64,000 nt of DNA from Candidatus Latescibacterota bacterium (GCA_965208835.1 OZ242358.1:2592001-2656000), one strand, 5' to 3'; shown: positions 1-10,441, numbered from the stretch's first letter. The notes: generated from the letters alone by a model not told the origin. Made by a program: numbers and translations.

Positions 1-591
1 CGGGTGTTTTCCTATATCTTCTTCTCCGCCGGCGGCATGGGCGCCAGACCCGCTTCGGACGGACTTTCGGCTACGGCCTTTCCCAGCGGCATCAAAGGGG
101 TACCTGCCGAGGCCATCGAGGCGGTTTCGCCGGTACTGATGCTGAAGCGGGAGTTGCGCCCGGATTCCGGCGGCGCGGGCCGTTTCCGCGGCGGGCTGGG
201 ACAGGAAATGGTACTCAGGATGGACACGGACTCGGCGGTGCTGCACTCATGTATGTATGACCGCACCCGGAGCCCGGCGCGCGGTTTCCTGGGCGGCGGG
301 AACGGCGCCGTCGGCGACGTGATCCTCTCCGACGGGTCCCGTCCGCACCCGAAGGGAAAATACGAACTTCAACCCGGGCAGACGGTGACCCTGAAGCTTC
401 CTGGTGGAGGCGGCTACTTTTCACCGCAGACTCGTGATCCCGATCTGGTAATGCAGGACGTACGACAGGGTCGCGTGTCGCTCGAGGCGGCCCGGGACGA
501 GTACGGCGTGGTCGTGGACAACCGGAACTGGAAGATTGATCGGGCTGCCACGGAAGCACTCAGGAAAGCGCCGGGGGAGAGTCCCGGTTGA
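1..591 (+). CDS. Hydantoinase B/oxoprolinase family protein, C-terminal part (5'-truncated by window)
   Basis: GGMGARP..DG, ELRPDSGGAGRFRGGLG, PGGGGY and 'DV..G.VS.EAAR..YGV' motifs of HyuB. Confidence 0.9.
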   Translation, partial: RVFSYIFFSAGGMGARPASDGLSATAFPSGIKGVPAEAIEAVSPVLMLKRELRPDSGGAGRFRGGLGQEMVLRMDTDSAVLHSCMYDRTRSPARGFLGGGNGAVGDVILSDGSRPHPKGKYELQPGQTVTLKLPGGGGYFSPQTRDPDLVMQDVRQGRVSLEAARDEYGVVVDNRNWKIDRAATEALRKAPGESPG

Positions 592-702
592 CCCGGGTCC
601 GCGCGGACACACTGGGCGGCGGGACTCCTGACTATGTTGGCTTGAAACTTTAATTAATTTTTAAAAACTACTGGAAAGCAGTTATTTGCGTAGGGAGATA
701 TT

Positions 703-2097
703 GTGGGAAAGTGTGATACCGACGACGGTTACCGGGGGATCTGGTGGTGGGACACGCCCGCGGACAACGAGTACAAATACGTGTACTACAGCGGCGGGTT
801 CGCGACCTACACCGCAAAGCATATCCCGCTGGCATACTATTCCGAATCAGCGCACAAGACGTACTTCTGTTATGGAGGGACTTACAGGGACAAGAACCAG
901 ATACTGGCAATGGTCTCCTGTTACGATCACGCCACCGGTACGGTCCCGAGACCGACGATTCTGATGGACAAGGGCACGGCCGACGCACACGACAATCCTG
1001 TTCTGATGCTGGACGATGAGGGACACATCTGGGTTTTCGTAAGCGCGCACGGTACCGCCAGACCGGCGTTTATCTTCAAGAGTGACGAGCCCTATTCCGT
1101 GGGTGCATTCGAATGTGTGACGGAAACGAACTTCTCCTATCCGCAGCCCTGGCATGTTCAGGACCATGGATTCCTGTTTCTGCATACAAGGTACCTTGGC
1201 GGCCGGTTCCTCTATGCTCAAACCAGTTCTGACGGCAGAGACTGGTCTCCACCCAGAGCGTTATCGAATATCCGCCACGGTCATTATCAGGTCAGCTGGC
1301 GTGCCGGTAAACGGGTTGGCACCGCGTTCAACTACCATCCGGTCAAAGAGCCGGGGCCGCCCAGGACCAATCTCTATTATCTTCAGACGGACGATTTCGG
1401 CAAGACCTGGAAGAATGCCGCTGGAACGGACATGGACCTCCCGCTGGCGAACCCCCGCAACGGCGCGATGGTGCATAACTACGAACAAGAGGGCCTGCAA
1501 GTGTTCGTCAAGGATCTGAATTTCGACGCTCAGGGCAATCCCGTTATCCTGATCCTGATCAGCCGTGGGATGGAGACCGGGCCCCATAACGACCCGCGCA
1601 TCTGGACTACGCTCCGGTGGACGGGTGACGAATGGGAGGCCCGTACGGCATTCCCGTCTGACAACAACTACGACACGGGGGGACTTCATATCGAGCCGGA
1701 CGGGACCTGGCGGATCATCGCACCCACCGAAACGGGCCCTCAGCCATATAATACAGGAGGAGAGGTGGCCGTGTGGACCAGCGGTAATGAGGGGGCTGCG
1801 TGGGAGAAAACCCGCCTGGCAACGCGGGCCAGCAAATATAACCATACCTACGTGCGCAGACCGGTAAACGCGCACCCGGAATTCTATGCCTTCTGGGCGG
1901 ATGGGCATACGCGTCAACCTTCTGATTCCCGCCTCTATTTCTGCAACAGGAGCGGGGACAGCGTGTTCCGGCTTCCTCCACTGATGACCGGGGATCATCA
2001 TCGTCCCGAAAGGGTGGTTCCACTCGGCCACAGCGAGGATATCGACGCCGAAGGCGACGCGGGCCGTCGTCAATTGTCGGGAAGGGCCGTCCGATGA
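703..2097 (+). CDS. BNR/Asp-box repeat (BNR_4-like) beta-propeller protein, putative sugar-active enzyme
   Basis: DAHDNP motif; Asp-boxes SSDGRDW, TDDFGKTW, SGNEGAAW; GGAG RBS upstream of the GTG. Confidence 0.75.
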   Translation: MGKCDTDDGYRGIWWWDTPADNEYKYVYYSGGFATYTAKHIPLAYYSESAHKTYFCYGGTYRDKNQILAMVSCYDHATGTVPRPTILMDKGTADAHDNPVLMLDDEGHIWVFVSAHGTARPAFIFKSDEPYSVGAFECVTETNFSYPQPWHVQDHGFLFLHTRYLGGRFLYAQTSSDGRDWSPPRALSNIRHGHYQVSWRAGKRVGTAFNYHPVKEPGPPRTNLYYLQTDDFGKTWKNAAGTDMDLPLANPRNGAMVHNYEQEGLQVFVKDLNFDAQGNPVILILISRGMETGPHNDPRIWTTLRWTGDEWEARTAFPSDNNYDTGGLHIEPDGTWRIIAPTETGPQPYNTGGEVAVWTSGNEGAAWEKTRLATRASKYNHTYVRRPVNAHPEFYAFWADGHTRQPSDSRLYFCNRSGDSVFRLPPLMTGDHHRPERVVPLGHSEDIDAEGDAGRRQLSGRAVR

Positions 2098-2960
2098 AAG
2101 GGATCGTACTGTCAGGTGGGCTGGGAACCCGGCTGTATCCGCTAACGACTTCGATTTCCAAGCAGATTCTGCCGATATTCGACAAACCGATGATCTATTA
2201 CCCGCTTTCGGTTTTGATGCTGGCCAACATTCGGGATTTTCTGATTATTTCGTCGCCTGAACATATCGAGCTCTACAGGAATCTGCTGGGTGACGGCAGC
2301 CGTCTGGGCATGCGTTTCGACTACGCGATCCAGCCCCGTCCGGAGGGTGTCGCGCAGTCGTTCCTCATCGGTGAGGACTTTATCGACGGCGAGCCATGCG
2401 CGCTGATCTTCGGAGACAATTTCTTTTATGGCCACGGTCTTTCCGGTTTGCTGGAGCAGGCGGGCGAACACCACGAGGGCGGGCTGGTCTTCGCCTACTA
2501 CGTGCAGGATCCCGAGAGATACGGCGTGGTTGAATTCGATGCTTCCATGAACGTGGTGGGCATCGAAGAAAAACCGAAACGTCCTAGATCGAATTTCGCG
2601 GTTACCGGGCTCTACTTCTACGACGGAGGCGTGGTGGATATCGCCAGGGGATTGAAGCCTTCGGAACGTGGGGAATTGGAAATCACCGATTTGAATAATG
2701 AGTACCTGAGGCGCGGTGAATTGCGGGTGCAGCTGCTGGGAAGGGGAATCGCGTACCTCGACACGGGAACCCACGAAAGCCTGCTGGAAGCAAGTAATTT
2801 CGTGCAGATCGTCGAACACCGGCAAGGGCTGAAAATCGCGTGCCTGGAAGAGATCGCGTACAGGAAAGAGTATATAAGCGCGGAGCAACTCGAGGACATC
2901 GCTAACTATTCGGAAGAAAACGAATATTGCCGGTACCTGAGACGGTTGCTGGCATCGTGA
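2094..2960 (+). CDS. rfbA: Glucose-1-phosphate thymidylyltransferase
   Basis: MKGIVLSGGLGTRLYP, KPMIYYPLS, EKP, RGELEITD, DTGTHESL. Confidence 0.97.
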   Translation: MKGIVLSGGLGTRLYPLTTSISKQILPIFDKPMIYYPLSVLMLANIRDFLIISSPEHIELYRNLLGDGSRLGMRFDYAIQPRPEGVAQSFLIGEDFIDGEPCALIFGDNFFYGHGLSGLLEQAGEHHEGGLVFAYYVQDPERYGVVEFDASMNVVGIEEKPKRPRSNFAVTGLYFYDGGVVDIARGLKPSERGELEITDLNNEYLRRGELRVQLLGRGIAYLDTGTHESLLEASNFVQIVEHRQGLKIACLEEIAYRKEYISAEQLEDIANYSEENEYCRYLRRLLAS

Positions 2961-3106
2961 ATCTGATCCCAAGGATTTCCGTGCCGGTTTCGAACCTTAT
3001 ACCGCGTTGGGCCGGACGGGTGCGCCTGCAGGTTTTTGAAACGGGTGTCGGGGCTTTCCGGTCTCAGCTTTCCGGCAGAACGTACGCGTTGCGAGAGGAA
3101 TTCCAC

Positions 3107-3496
3107 GTGTCTCGTACACGATGCAATCGGCGCGCGCGGACCACTTCGTACCTCGGTACAGCGAAAGCAATCTGTATGGCCGCCTTTCTTTCATCCCTTG
3201 CGGGATGCGGCGGGGACCCGTTGTCGCCTGAGGAAGCGATCCTGGGTACGTGGATGCTGACCCACGCGGAAAACGAGCCGGTTTCGGTGAATTATACGCT
3301 GATTTTCGAACAAAACGGCGTTTACACGTTTATCAATACGATCTTCGACGGAAGCCGGATTACGTCAACCGGGAATTGGCGAATCGAACAGGGCGCCCTG
3401 TTTCTCGATGCCCTGGACTTCGGGTTCTCCATTGACAACGACGAACTTACGCTATACGCAAGAGATGGCACCGTATTCGTCTATTCCAGGCAGTAG
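3107..3496 (+). CDS. Lipocalin-like lipoprotein
   Basis: Lipobox LAGC followed by ILGTW..., G.W.I pattern; GTG start after GAGAGG (start uncertain, alternative ATG 3176). Confidence 0.65.
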   Translation: MSRTRCNRRARTTSYLGTAKAICMAAFLSSLAGCGGDPLSPEEAILGTWMLTHAENEPVSVNYTLIFEQNGVYTFINTIFDGSRITSTGNWRIEQGALFLDALDFGFSIDNDELTLYARDGTVFVYSRQ

Positions 3497-3647
3497 CGCC
3501 GCCGGGATTTCCAATTCGGGGTTCGGAATTCAGCAGGTCTGAAACGAACCGTGCCGAAAGCCGGCAGGCGTCATTACCGGCCCGCTGCCGAACGACTGCG
3601 TTGCAACCGTGTGAAGTGGGCGATTCCGGACGTCTCCAGGAGAGGCC

Positions 3648-5039
3648 ATGCGCGTTGATCCTTCCATCCGCCTGAGGGACGTGAATTCCGGACTCGACCG
3701 GTGTTTCGAACTCGCAATGGGCAAAATTACGTCCATTTCCGAAACATGGGACCCCCGTCACGGAGCGCCGGTCTATACGGTGGGAGGGAAGTATGCCACC
3801 CGTGGTTGGACGGAATGGACGCAGGGATTCCAATATGGGTGCGCGATCCTGCTGTTCGACGCTCTGGGAGAGAAGCAGTTTCTGGATATCAGTCGACGGG
3901 GCGCCGTGGACCGTATGGCGCCGCACGTGACCCATACTGGCGTACACGACCACGGATTCAACAACATATCGACATATGGCAACCTCCGGCGGCTGATGCT
4001 CGAAGGCGCCATCCCGGGCGATTCGTGGGAACAGCGGTTCTACGAGCTTGCCCTGAAAGCGTCCGGCGCGGTGCAGGGGGCCCGCTGGACGACGATTCGG
4101 GACGGAAAGGGGTATATCCCTTCGTTTAACGGCGCTCATTCGCTGTTTTCCGACACGATCCGCACCTGCCGGTCCCTCGGACTGGCACACGGATTGGGCC
4201 ACGTTTTGATGGGGGAGAACGACCGGGCGATTTCGCTGTTCGATCGCATGATCGAACACGCGGAGACAACGGCAAGGTTCAATGTATATTACGGCGACGG
4301 CCGTGACGCCTACGACGTACGGGGACGGGTGGCGCATGAGTCCATCTTCAACGTGCAGGACGGCAATTACAGATGTCCGAGCACACAACAGGGATATTCG
4401 CCCTTTTCAACATGGACACGAGGCCTCGCGTGGATCGTCACGGGATATTCCGAATTGCTGGAATTTCTGGAGGTCGTCGACGATGAAGACCTTGCCGGTT
4501 GTGGCGGTCGCGGCCACGTCACGGCATTCATGACCCGGGCCGCAACCGCGGCGGCAGACTACTACGTAGCAGGCGCATCCGCGGCGGACGGAATTCCGTA
4601 CTGGGATACGGGCGCTCCGGGATTGACGCAGATGGGAGATTATCTTGGCAGGGCCGCGGATCCGTTCAATGAATTCGAGCCCGTGGACAGTTCGGCCGCT
4701 GCGATTGCGGCCCAGGGATTGTACCGGCTGGGCAGGTACCTTGGCGGCACAGCGGGCGGGTCATATACGAGGGCCGCGTTGACGGTCGCCCGAACGTTGT
4801 TCGATGCGCCTTACCTGTCCGACGAGGAGAATCACCAGGGGCTGATCCTGCATTCCGTTTATCACCGCCCCAACGGTTGGGATCGACGCCGGTTGGGTCA
4901 GAACGTGCCGAACGGCGAGTCTTCGATGTGGGGAGATTATCACGCGCTGGAACTGGCGGTGCTGCTGAAGCGTGAAATTACCGGACAACCGTATTTGACT
5001 TTCTTTAATGGGAAACCCGAAGGGTCTGATGTCGGCTGA
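3648..5039 (+). CDS. Glycoside hydrolase family 88-like (unsaturated glucuronyl hydrolase-like) protein
   Basis: WTQGF, HDHGF, WTRGLAW, IPYWD, DSSAAAI, WGDY motifs. Confidence 0.85.
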   Translation: MRVDPSIRLRDVNSGLDRCFELAMGKITSISETWDPRHGAPVYTVGGKYATRGWTEWTQGFQYGCAILLFDALGEKQFLDISRRGAVDRMAPHVTHTGVHDHGFNNISTYGNLRRLMLEGAIPGDSWEQRFYELALKASGAVQGARWTTIRDGKGYIPSFNGAHSLFSDTIRTCRSLGLAHGLGHVLMGENDRAISLFDRMIEHAETTARFNVYYGDGRDAYDVRGRVAHESIFNVQDGNYRCPSTQQGYSPFSTWTRGLAWIVTGYSELLEFLEVVDDEDLAGCGGRGHVTAFMTRAATAAADYYVAGASAADGIPYWDTGAPGLTQMGDYLGRAADPFNEFEPVDSSAAAIAAQGLYRLGRYLGGTAGGSYTRAALTVARTLFDAPYLSDEENHQGLILHSVYHRPNGWDRRRLGQNVPNGESSMWGDYHALELAVLLKREITGQPYLTFFNGKPEGSDVG

Positions 5040-5075
5040 TTGGTGCGTCAGGCGGGAGAGACCGGAGAGTTAAGA

Positions 5076-5936
5076 ATGCAATATGTCAAGCGAATCGCCA
5101 GGCGGGAACCCGGTTTGAAGGCGTCCGGGCACGCTCCAGTGGCAATACTGCTTATCGCGCTGTGGTCCTCACCGGTGTGGAGCAGCGACGCGACGCCGTT
5201 TGATTTCGGCCCGCTGGACCGCATGCTGGGCAGATTCGTGGACGCGCGAGGCTGGGTTGACTACGCGGGTATCAAGGCTGAGCCATCCGACCTGCGGCTT
5301 ATCCTGAAGCGTCTGAGGGAGGCCAGCCCGGAGAGCCATCCCGCTTTGTTTCCCGAGCGGGATGACCGGCTGGCGTACTGGATCAACGCCTACAATGCGC
5401 TTGTGATTGCCGGGGTGGTCAATGCGTATCCCGAAACGAGCGTCAAGAATATCCATAAACAGCCGGGATTCTTCAAGGTGTTCCACGTCGTCGGTGGCAA
5501 GTCCAGGTCACTTGACGATATTGAGCATGGGATCGTCCGCAAAGAGTTCGGGGACCCCCGAATCCACGCCGCTCTGAATTGTGGGGCTGCGTCATGTCCG
5601 CGGCTTCGGCCGGAAGTCTACAGTCCTGATCGGCTTGAAAAACAGTTGAACGCCGCCGTTCGGGAGTTTATCCGCGATCCTCAGCACGTCCGCCTGGACC
5701 GTGACAGCGGCACTCTGGTTCTTTCGAAAATCCTCGATTGGTTCGGTAGTGATTTCACTGACTGGTATCGACGTGAATATCGGGTGAAAGACGTACGGAT
5801 TACGGACTACCTGAATATCCATCTTGCCGAGGAAGATCGGGCCTATCTGCAATCCCATCCTCAGGTCACCATTCGATACCTTCCGTACGATTGGACACTT
5901 AACGACCGGACGTTGCACAAGGAATTGACCCGTTAA
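5076..5936 (+). CDS. DUF547 domain exported protein
   Basis: VDY, LAYWINAYNA, SLDDIEHG, DPRIHAALNCGAASCP, YDWTLN. Confidence 0.9.
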   Translation: MQYVKRIARREPGLKASGHAPVAILLIALWSSPVWSSDATPFDFGPLDRMLGRFVDARGWVDYAGIKAEPSDLRLILKRLREASPESHPALFPERDDRLAYWINAYNALVIAGVVNAYPETSVKNIHKQPGFFKVFHVVGGKSRSLDDIEHGIVRKEFGDPRIHAALNCGAASCPRLRPEVYSPDRLEKQLNAAVREFIRDPQHVRLDRDSGTLVLSKILDWFGSDFTDWYRREYRVKDVRITDYLNIHLAEEDRAYLQSHPQVTIRYLPYDWTLNDRTLHKELTR

Positions 5937-6060
5937 ACAAAGGGTGATCGCGCGCGGGATACGGTGCTTCGGCGACCTCGTCCCGCAACCTGGCCCGTCA
6001 AGGTCCAACGGGTACATTCAAATAACCTGCCGGTGTATCGATTCCGTAAAGGAGAGACCC

Positions 6061-7074
6061 ATGGGAGCGCCGCCGGAACTGCTGGCGATTCAGCCCCGCG
6101 CACAGGAAGAAGCCCAGGGCAGCCGATTATCGTTTAAGGAGCGCCTGGGACGTGAGGGTGTCGATCTCCGTCGTGACGCGCTGGAGACGCTTCAGATCAA
6201 TGTAGGGAAACTGTGCAACCAGGCGTGCAGGCACTGTCACGTGGATGCCGGTCCGAACCGGACGGAGGTGATGACGCGCGAGACGATGCGGTCGATCCTG
6301 ACGTTTCTCGCCGCAACGGAAATTCCTGTGGTGGATATCACCGGCGGTGCGCCGGAGGTGAACCCCGATTTCAGATATCTGGTGAAACAGATTCGACGGC
6401 TTGGGCGCAGCGTGATGGTACGGTGCAACCTTACCGTGATCTTTGAGCCGGGCCTGGAAGATCTGCCCGACTTCTACCGGGAGCACGAGGTGGAACTGAT
6501 CTGTTCATTGCCGTGTTATCTGGAGGAGAACGTGGATCAGCAGCGAGGAAAAGGCGTGTTTTTCGACAGCATCGAGGCGCTCCGGCATCTGAATGCTATT
6601 GGATACGGAGAGCCGGATTCAGGCCTGCTGCTTCACCTCGTATACAATCCGGTCGGAGCTTCGCTTCCGCCGCCGCAGGACGAACTCGAGGCCGACTACA
6701 AACGGGTTCTGGCGGAGCGCTACGGCATTTCGTTCAATCGCCTGTTTACCATCACGAATATGCCGATCAGCCGGTTTAACGACTATCTGAGGCGTCGCGG
6801 GGAGTACGATGGCTACACGCAGACGTTGCGGGAACAGTTCAATGCACAGACGATCGATCGTCTGATGTGTCGTTTTCTGGTGAGCGTAGATTGGGAAGGC
6901 AATATTTACGACTGCGATTTCAACCAGATGCTGGATATGCATCTGGCCGGCCGACCGAAAAAACTGTGGGAGGTGCCGCCTGGATGGCTGGTCGACAGAA
7001 GGATCCGTATTGCAGACCACTGTTACGGCTGCACCGCCGGCGCCGGAAGCAGTTGCGGCGGCGAGCTGGCTTGA
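6061..7074 (+). CDS. arsS: ArsS-family radical SAM / Cys-rich protein (arsenosugar biosynthesis family)
   Basis: LQINVGKLCNQACRHCHV (CxxxCxxC), DITGGAPE, NMPI, YDCDFNQM, C-terminal HCYGCTAGAGSSCGG; GGAG RBS. Confidence 0.88.
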   Translation: MGAPPELLAIQPRAQEEAQGSRLSFKERLGREGVDLRRDALETLQINVGKLCNQACRHCHVDAGPNRTEVMTRETMRSILTFLAATEIPVVDITGGAPEVNPDFRYLVKQIRRLGRSVMVRCNLTVIFEPGLEDLPDFYREHEVELICSLPCYLEENVDQQRGKGVFFDSIEALRHLNAIGYGEPDSGLLLHLVYNPVGASLPPPQDELEADYKRVLAERYGISFNRLFTITNMPISRFNDYLRRRGEYDGYTQTLREQFNAQTIDRLMCRFLVSVDWEGNIYDCDFNQMLDMHLAGRPKKLWEVPPGWLVDRRIRIADHCYGCTAGAGSSCGGELA

Positions 7075-7167
7075 CCGTCGATTATCCGCTTTCGTCTTCG
7101 GTTGAAATCATGTGATGAAGGGGTCGGCCAACCCGAACGGTCGACCCCGTTTCATTGTCTGTCGGAA

Positions 7168-7614
7168 TTACCGCAAACGGCCGCCACTGGCTTTCAGGAA
7201 CGCCCGGACCCGGTGGTGAATCTCGTCCCGGACCCGTCGAAAGACGGTCATGCGCTCGTCCCGGGTTCCGGTTGCTTCGGCCGGGTCGTCGAGGTCCCAG
7301 TGGAGACGTTCGGTGGAGGCGGGGTAGACGGGACAGTTGTCGTTCGCCCGGTTGCACACGGTGATGACGACGTCGACACGGCGGTCCGCAAAGGCATCGG
7401 GCCCCTTTGATCGCTGGCGGGAGATATCGATGCAGATTTCAGCCATCGCCCTGACAGCAAGCGGATTGAGATCGGTGGGACGGGTGCCCGCGCTCAGAGA
7501 TTCCATACGGCCTCCGGCGAAGTGCCGGAGAAGTCCTTCCGCCATCTGGCTCCTGCAGGAGTTTCCGGTCCACAGGAACAGGACGCGTTTCATGTCGTCG
7601 TTTGTCGCGATCAT
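7168..7614 (-). CDS. arsC: LMW-PTP-fold arsenate reductase homologue with catalytic Cys replaced by Trp
   Basis: VLFLWTGNSCRSQMAE, SAGT, VITVC..A..NCP, HW.LDDP, FRRVRDEI. Confidence 0.8.
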   Translation of the reverse strand: MIATNDDMKRVLFLWTGNSCRSQMAEGLLRHFAGGRMESLSAGTRPTDLNPLAVRAMAEICIDISRQRSKGPDAFADRRVDVVITVCNRANDNCPVYPASTERLHWDLDDPAEATGTRDERMTVFRRVRDEIHHRVRAFLKASGGRLR

Positions 7615-7678
7615 CCACGGACCTCTGACGGAATGACGTCAACCACTAAGGTTCCGGGGTCGTGAGCAATGCAGGAAG

Positions 7679-8926
7679 TCAGCGGGTGAACGCCCGCTTG
7701 ATCTTGTTCACGGCCTCTACAATGTCGTCCATGTCTTCCCGGGTGCCGAGGAGCATGGACTGATAGAACCAGACGCTGTGCCTGCACACGAATTCAGCGT
7801 GCGGACACGGCAGCCGGCGTACGAGATCGGGATATGCTTCCGAGACGCTTTTCAACGCACCCTCGTCCGTGAGAGGTCGCTGGTAACCGGGCGTGCAGTC
7901 GATGCCTTCCGCGATCAGGGCCCTGACGAATTCATCTCTGCTTCGACCGCCGAATTGCTCCGGGTCGTAGCGCGTCATGTAAAGATGGTACCCGTGCTGT
8001 GTGACCCAGTTGCGAGCCGTCGGAGGGATTACGCCGCCGACCTTTAGCAGCTCACGTGTCAGGTGGGCCCCGTTGCGGTTTCGGATCTCGGTCTGATGTT
8101 GAAGGCTCCCGAGCCTGGCCAGAAGGATGCACGCGATGTATTCGGAGGTCCTGTAGTTCCAACCGTGCCGCGGGTATTCCCAACGTTCCCCGCCTGGGCG
8201 TCGACCGACGTCCTTGAATGCGCACGCCCGTTCGTAAATGTGTGCATCGTTGGTGACAAGGCAGCCCCCCTCTCCGGCCGTCAGGTTCTTGCTCGACTGA
8301 AAGCTGTAGGCGCCAACGTCGCCGAGCGGGCCGACCTTCCGTCCGTTATTTTCGGCGCCGTGTGCCTGAGCGGCGTCTTCGACGACCACCAGGCCGTGTT
8401 TGTCGGCGATGGCGTTCAGGGCGTCCATATCAGCGGGGTGCCCCCCCATATGCACGGGTAGAATGCCTACCGTCCGATCGGTTATGGCCGCCTGAACCGC
8501 GTTCGGATCGAGGGTATAGCTCACAGGGTCGATATCCGCCAGCGCCAGGCTGCAGCGCACCGAGAGGGCGGCACTGGCCGTTGCGATAAAGGTATAGTTC
8601 GGGATGATGAATTCCCCGCCTGACCGCAGACCGTCGAGATCGAGCGCACCTGCTATGGATGCGGAAATCGCGTCTGTTCCATGGGGCAACATCAGACCGT
8701 ACCCGGCGCCGCAATAGGCCGCGAACGCCTGACCGAACCGGGCACTCCTGCTTGCCGGGAGCCCTTCGGTTTTTTCCAGATAGACCTCCCGAAGTGCCGG
8801 CTCGATTTCCCGTTCCCACTCCTTCTCGGTGTTTGCAGGCCACGAAGGCCACGGATTCTCGAGCCGATCGCGTACGGGCGTGCCCCCGTTTACCGCCAGC
8901 CGGTCAGCAGAAATCACATCTGGCAT
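7679..8926 (-). CDS. DegT/DnrJ/EryC1/StrS PLP aminotransferase
   Basis: TFIATA, VEDAAQAHG, SFQSSKNLTAGEGG, GWNYR. Confidence 0.93.
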   Translation of the reverse strand: MPDVISADRLAVNGGTPVRDRLENPWPSWPANTEKEWEREIEPALREVYLEKTEGLPASRSARFGQAFAAYCGAGYGLMLPHGTDAISASIAGALDLDGLRSGGEFIIPNYTFIATASAALSVRCSLALADIDPVSYTLDPNAVQAAITDRTVGILPVHMGGHPADMDALNAIADKHGLVVVEDAAQAHGAENNGRKVGPLGDVGAYSFQSSKNLTAGEGGCLVTNDAHIYERACAFKDVGRRPGGERWEYPRHGWNYRTSEYIACILLARLGSLQHQTEIRNRNGAHLTRELLKVGGVIPPTARNWVTQHGYHLYMTRYDPEQFGGRSRDEFVRALIAEGIDCTPGYQRPLTDEGALKSVSEAYPDLVRRLPCPHAEFVCRHSVWFYQSMLLGTREDMDDIVEAVNKIKRAFTR

Positions 8927-9066
8927 CGGTTCTCCCGTGAATGGACCGGGACCATCCCTTCACTTCCGGCCATGGTATCGCCCGGAAAGACCCCGGGCGC
9001 AGGCACGAAATGGTCAATTGTGGAAATGGACACACAGTCGGAAACCACCGCTCACGCATTCAGGAT

Positions 9067-10302
9067 TCAGTCCGCCACCAGTTCGCAGGCGGCATCGCGG
9101 ATCGTGCTCTCGCCGTCCACCGCAAGCCCGGCATACCTGGGTTCCATGCCGCCTTCCCGATGCGCCTGAGGCGTACTCAGGTAACCGACGTCGGCTGTCG
9201 GACCCGACAGGACAATGGTGAGCACACCCTGCGCCGCATCCCTGATCGCAGACGCGGTCTCCACGAAGATTTCGCCCGGCAGATGGACAATATTGACCCC
9301 GCACGCGGAGACCCGTGTAATCGTATAGTCCAGAAATTGTCTGCCAGTTGCGTAGTGCCGGCTGCCGTAGGCCTGAAATCGCTGCAGTCCGTCTGACCGA
9401 TTCGGAGTCGCTTTGAGTTCGGTCTCCACGGCATCGGGATCCTCGTGCGCGAATGTGGGTACCTTAATGGTTTTCCGTGTAACCCGCAGGTTTCCGGAAT
9501 CGTACATGCCCGCCTGTTCCAACGCATAGAGTGCCGCACCTCCGACGCTGTTGCCCACGCGCTCACAGGTACGACCGGCGCGGCTCACTGGTACCACGTT
9601 GCCGATACTGCCCGGAAGGAACAACGCGTTGACACCCGCGGATTCCACCACTCTGCGTGCGACACCCGGATAGTCGGCGGAAATGTGCCCGTATTTGTCC
9701 GTACTGCACAGAGCGTGGCAGCCGAATACGATTGCACAATGCGCCGGATTGCCCTCCGTATCGTCAATCCGGATAACGTATACGTTGTCGTCCACTTCGG
9801 CATAGGTGAGTTCGGGGCGCGGGTAGGGGAATTTGAAATTGCTCATGACCAGTTTGCCGTCCCCGTCGTATGAACGCCGGTTATAAAGAACGTTGGGAGC
9901 GGAACAGGCGCCAACGCCCATACGGGAGGGTGCCATCACATGGGCGGCCTCACGGATGGCTGCTGCCATATTGTCCGCGAAAAAATCCTCCCTGCCGTAA
10001 TACTTGAGCGCCTCGCAGGGAATGTTTACGTACGATTGAAACAGGATGGGCGTTGTGCCGACATGGGACGCACAGGGCAGGATGTGGTTGGGATCCAGCC
10101 AGACAATGTCCTCTACCCGTTCCCTCACGCGTACCATTATATCTTCTTCAATGCTGAAACAGTCTCCGGCCAGGAAGGTGACGTTCGTGTCCCCGTGCCT
10201 CAGGATCAGCACACGGAAGGAGATCGGATCGTAGACCCTGAACGCACCGTCTGACGGTTCTACGGGTGTAAAGTCCTGAACGCCGAAGCCGGTTTCCAGC
10301 AC
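9067..10302 (-). CDS. Neutral/alkaline ceramidase-like hypothetical hydrolase
   Basis: DP...RVLIL, ASH, NRR, GCH, ISADYPG, LPGEIF, GY motifs. Confidence 0.6.
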   Translation of the reverse strand: MLETGFGVQDFTPVEPSDGAFRVYDPISFRVLILRHGDTNVTFLAGDCFSIEEDIMVRVRERVEDIVWLDPNHILPCASHVGTTPILFQSYVNIPCEALKYYGREDFFADNMAAAIREAAHVMAPSRMGVGACSAPNVLYNRRSYDGDGKLVMSNFKFPYPRPELTYAEVDDNVYVIRIDDTEGNPAHCAIVFGCHALCSTDKYGHISADYPGVARRVVESAGVNALFLPGSIGNVVPVSRAGRTCERVGNSVGGAALYALEQAGMYDSGNLRVTRKTIKVPTFAHEDPDAVETELKATPNRSDGLQRFQAYGSRHYATGRQFLDYTITRVSACGVNIVHLPGEIFVETASAIRDAAQGVLTIVLSGPTADVGYLSTPQAHREGGMEPRYAGLAVDGESTIRDAACELVAD

Positions 10303-10344
10303 GATCAGCCCTCCATATTGAGATTCAGCCGGAAGAGTGGTTCA

Positions 10345-10373
10345 TTGATAGCGCAATTCGCCCGGAGCGTCAA
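10345..10373 (-). promoter_or_regulatory. Putative sigma70 promoter (TTGACG-N17-TATCAA) for the ceramidase-like/DegT genes
   Basis: Near-consensus hexamers with 17-nt spacer about 40 nt upstream of the start. Confidence 0.5.
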
Positions 10374-10412
10374 GCGATTTCGCGGAACACGCGTCCTGTC
10401 GGGCCTCGGATC

Positions 10413-10441
10413 TTGACGTATCAGCTGGTATGGGTTACATT
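10413..10441 (+). promoter_or_regulatory. Putative sigma70 promoter (TTGACG-N17-TACATT), divergent
   Basis: Near-consensus hexamers with 17-nt spacer upstream of the FAD oxidoreductase. Confidence 0.6.
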
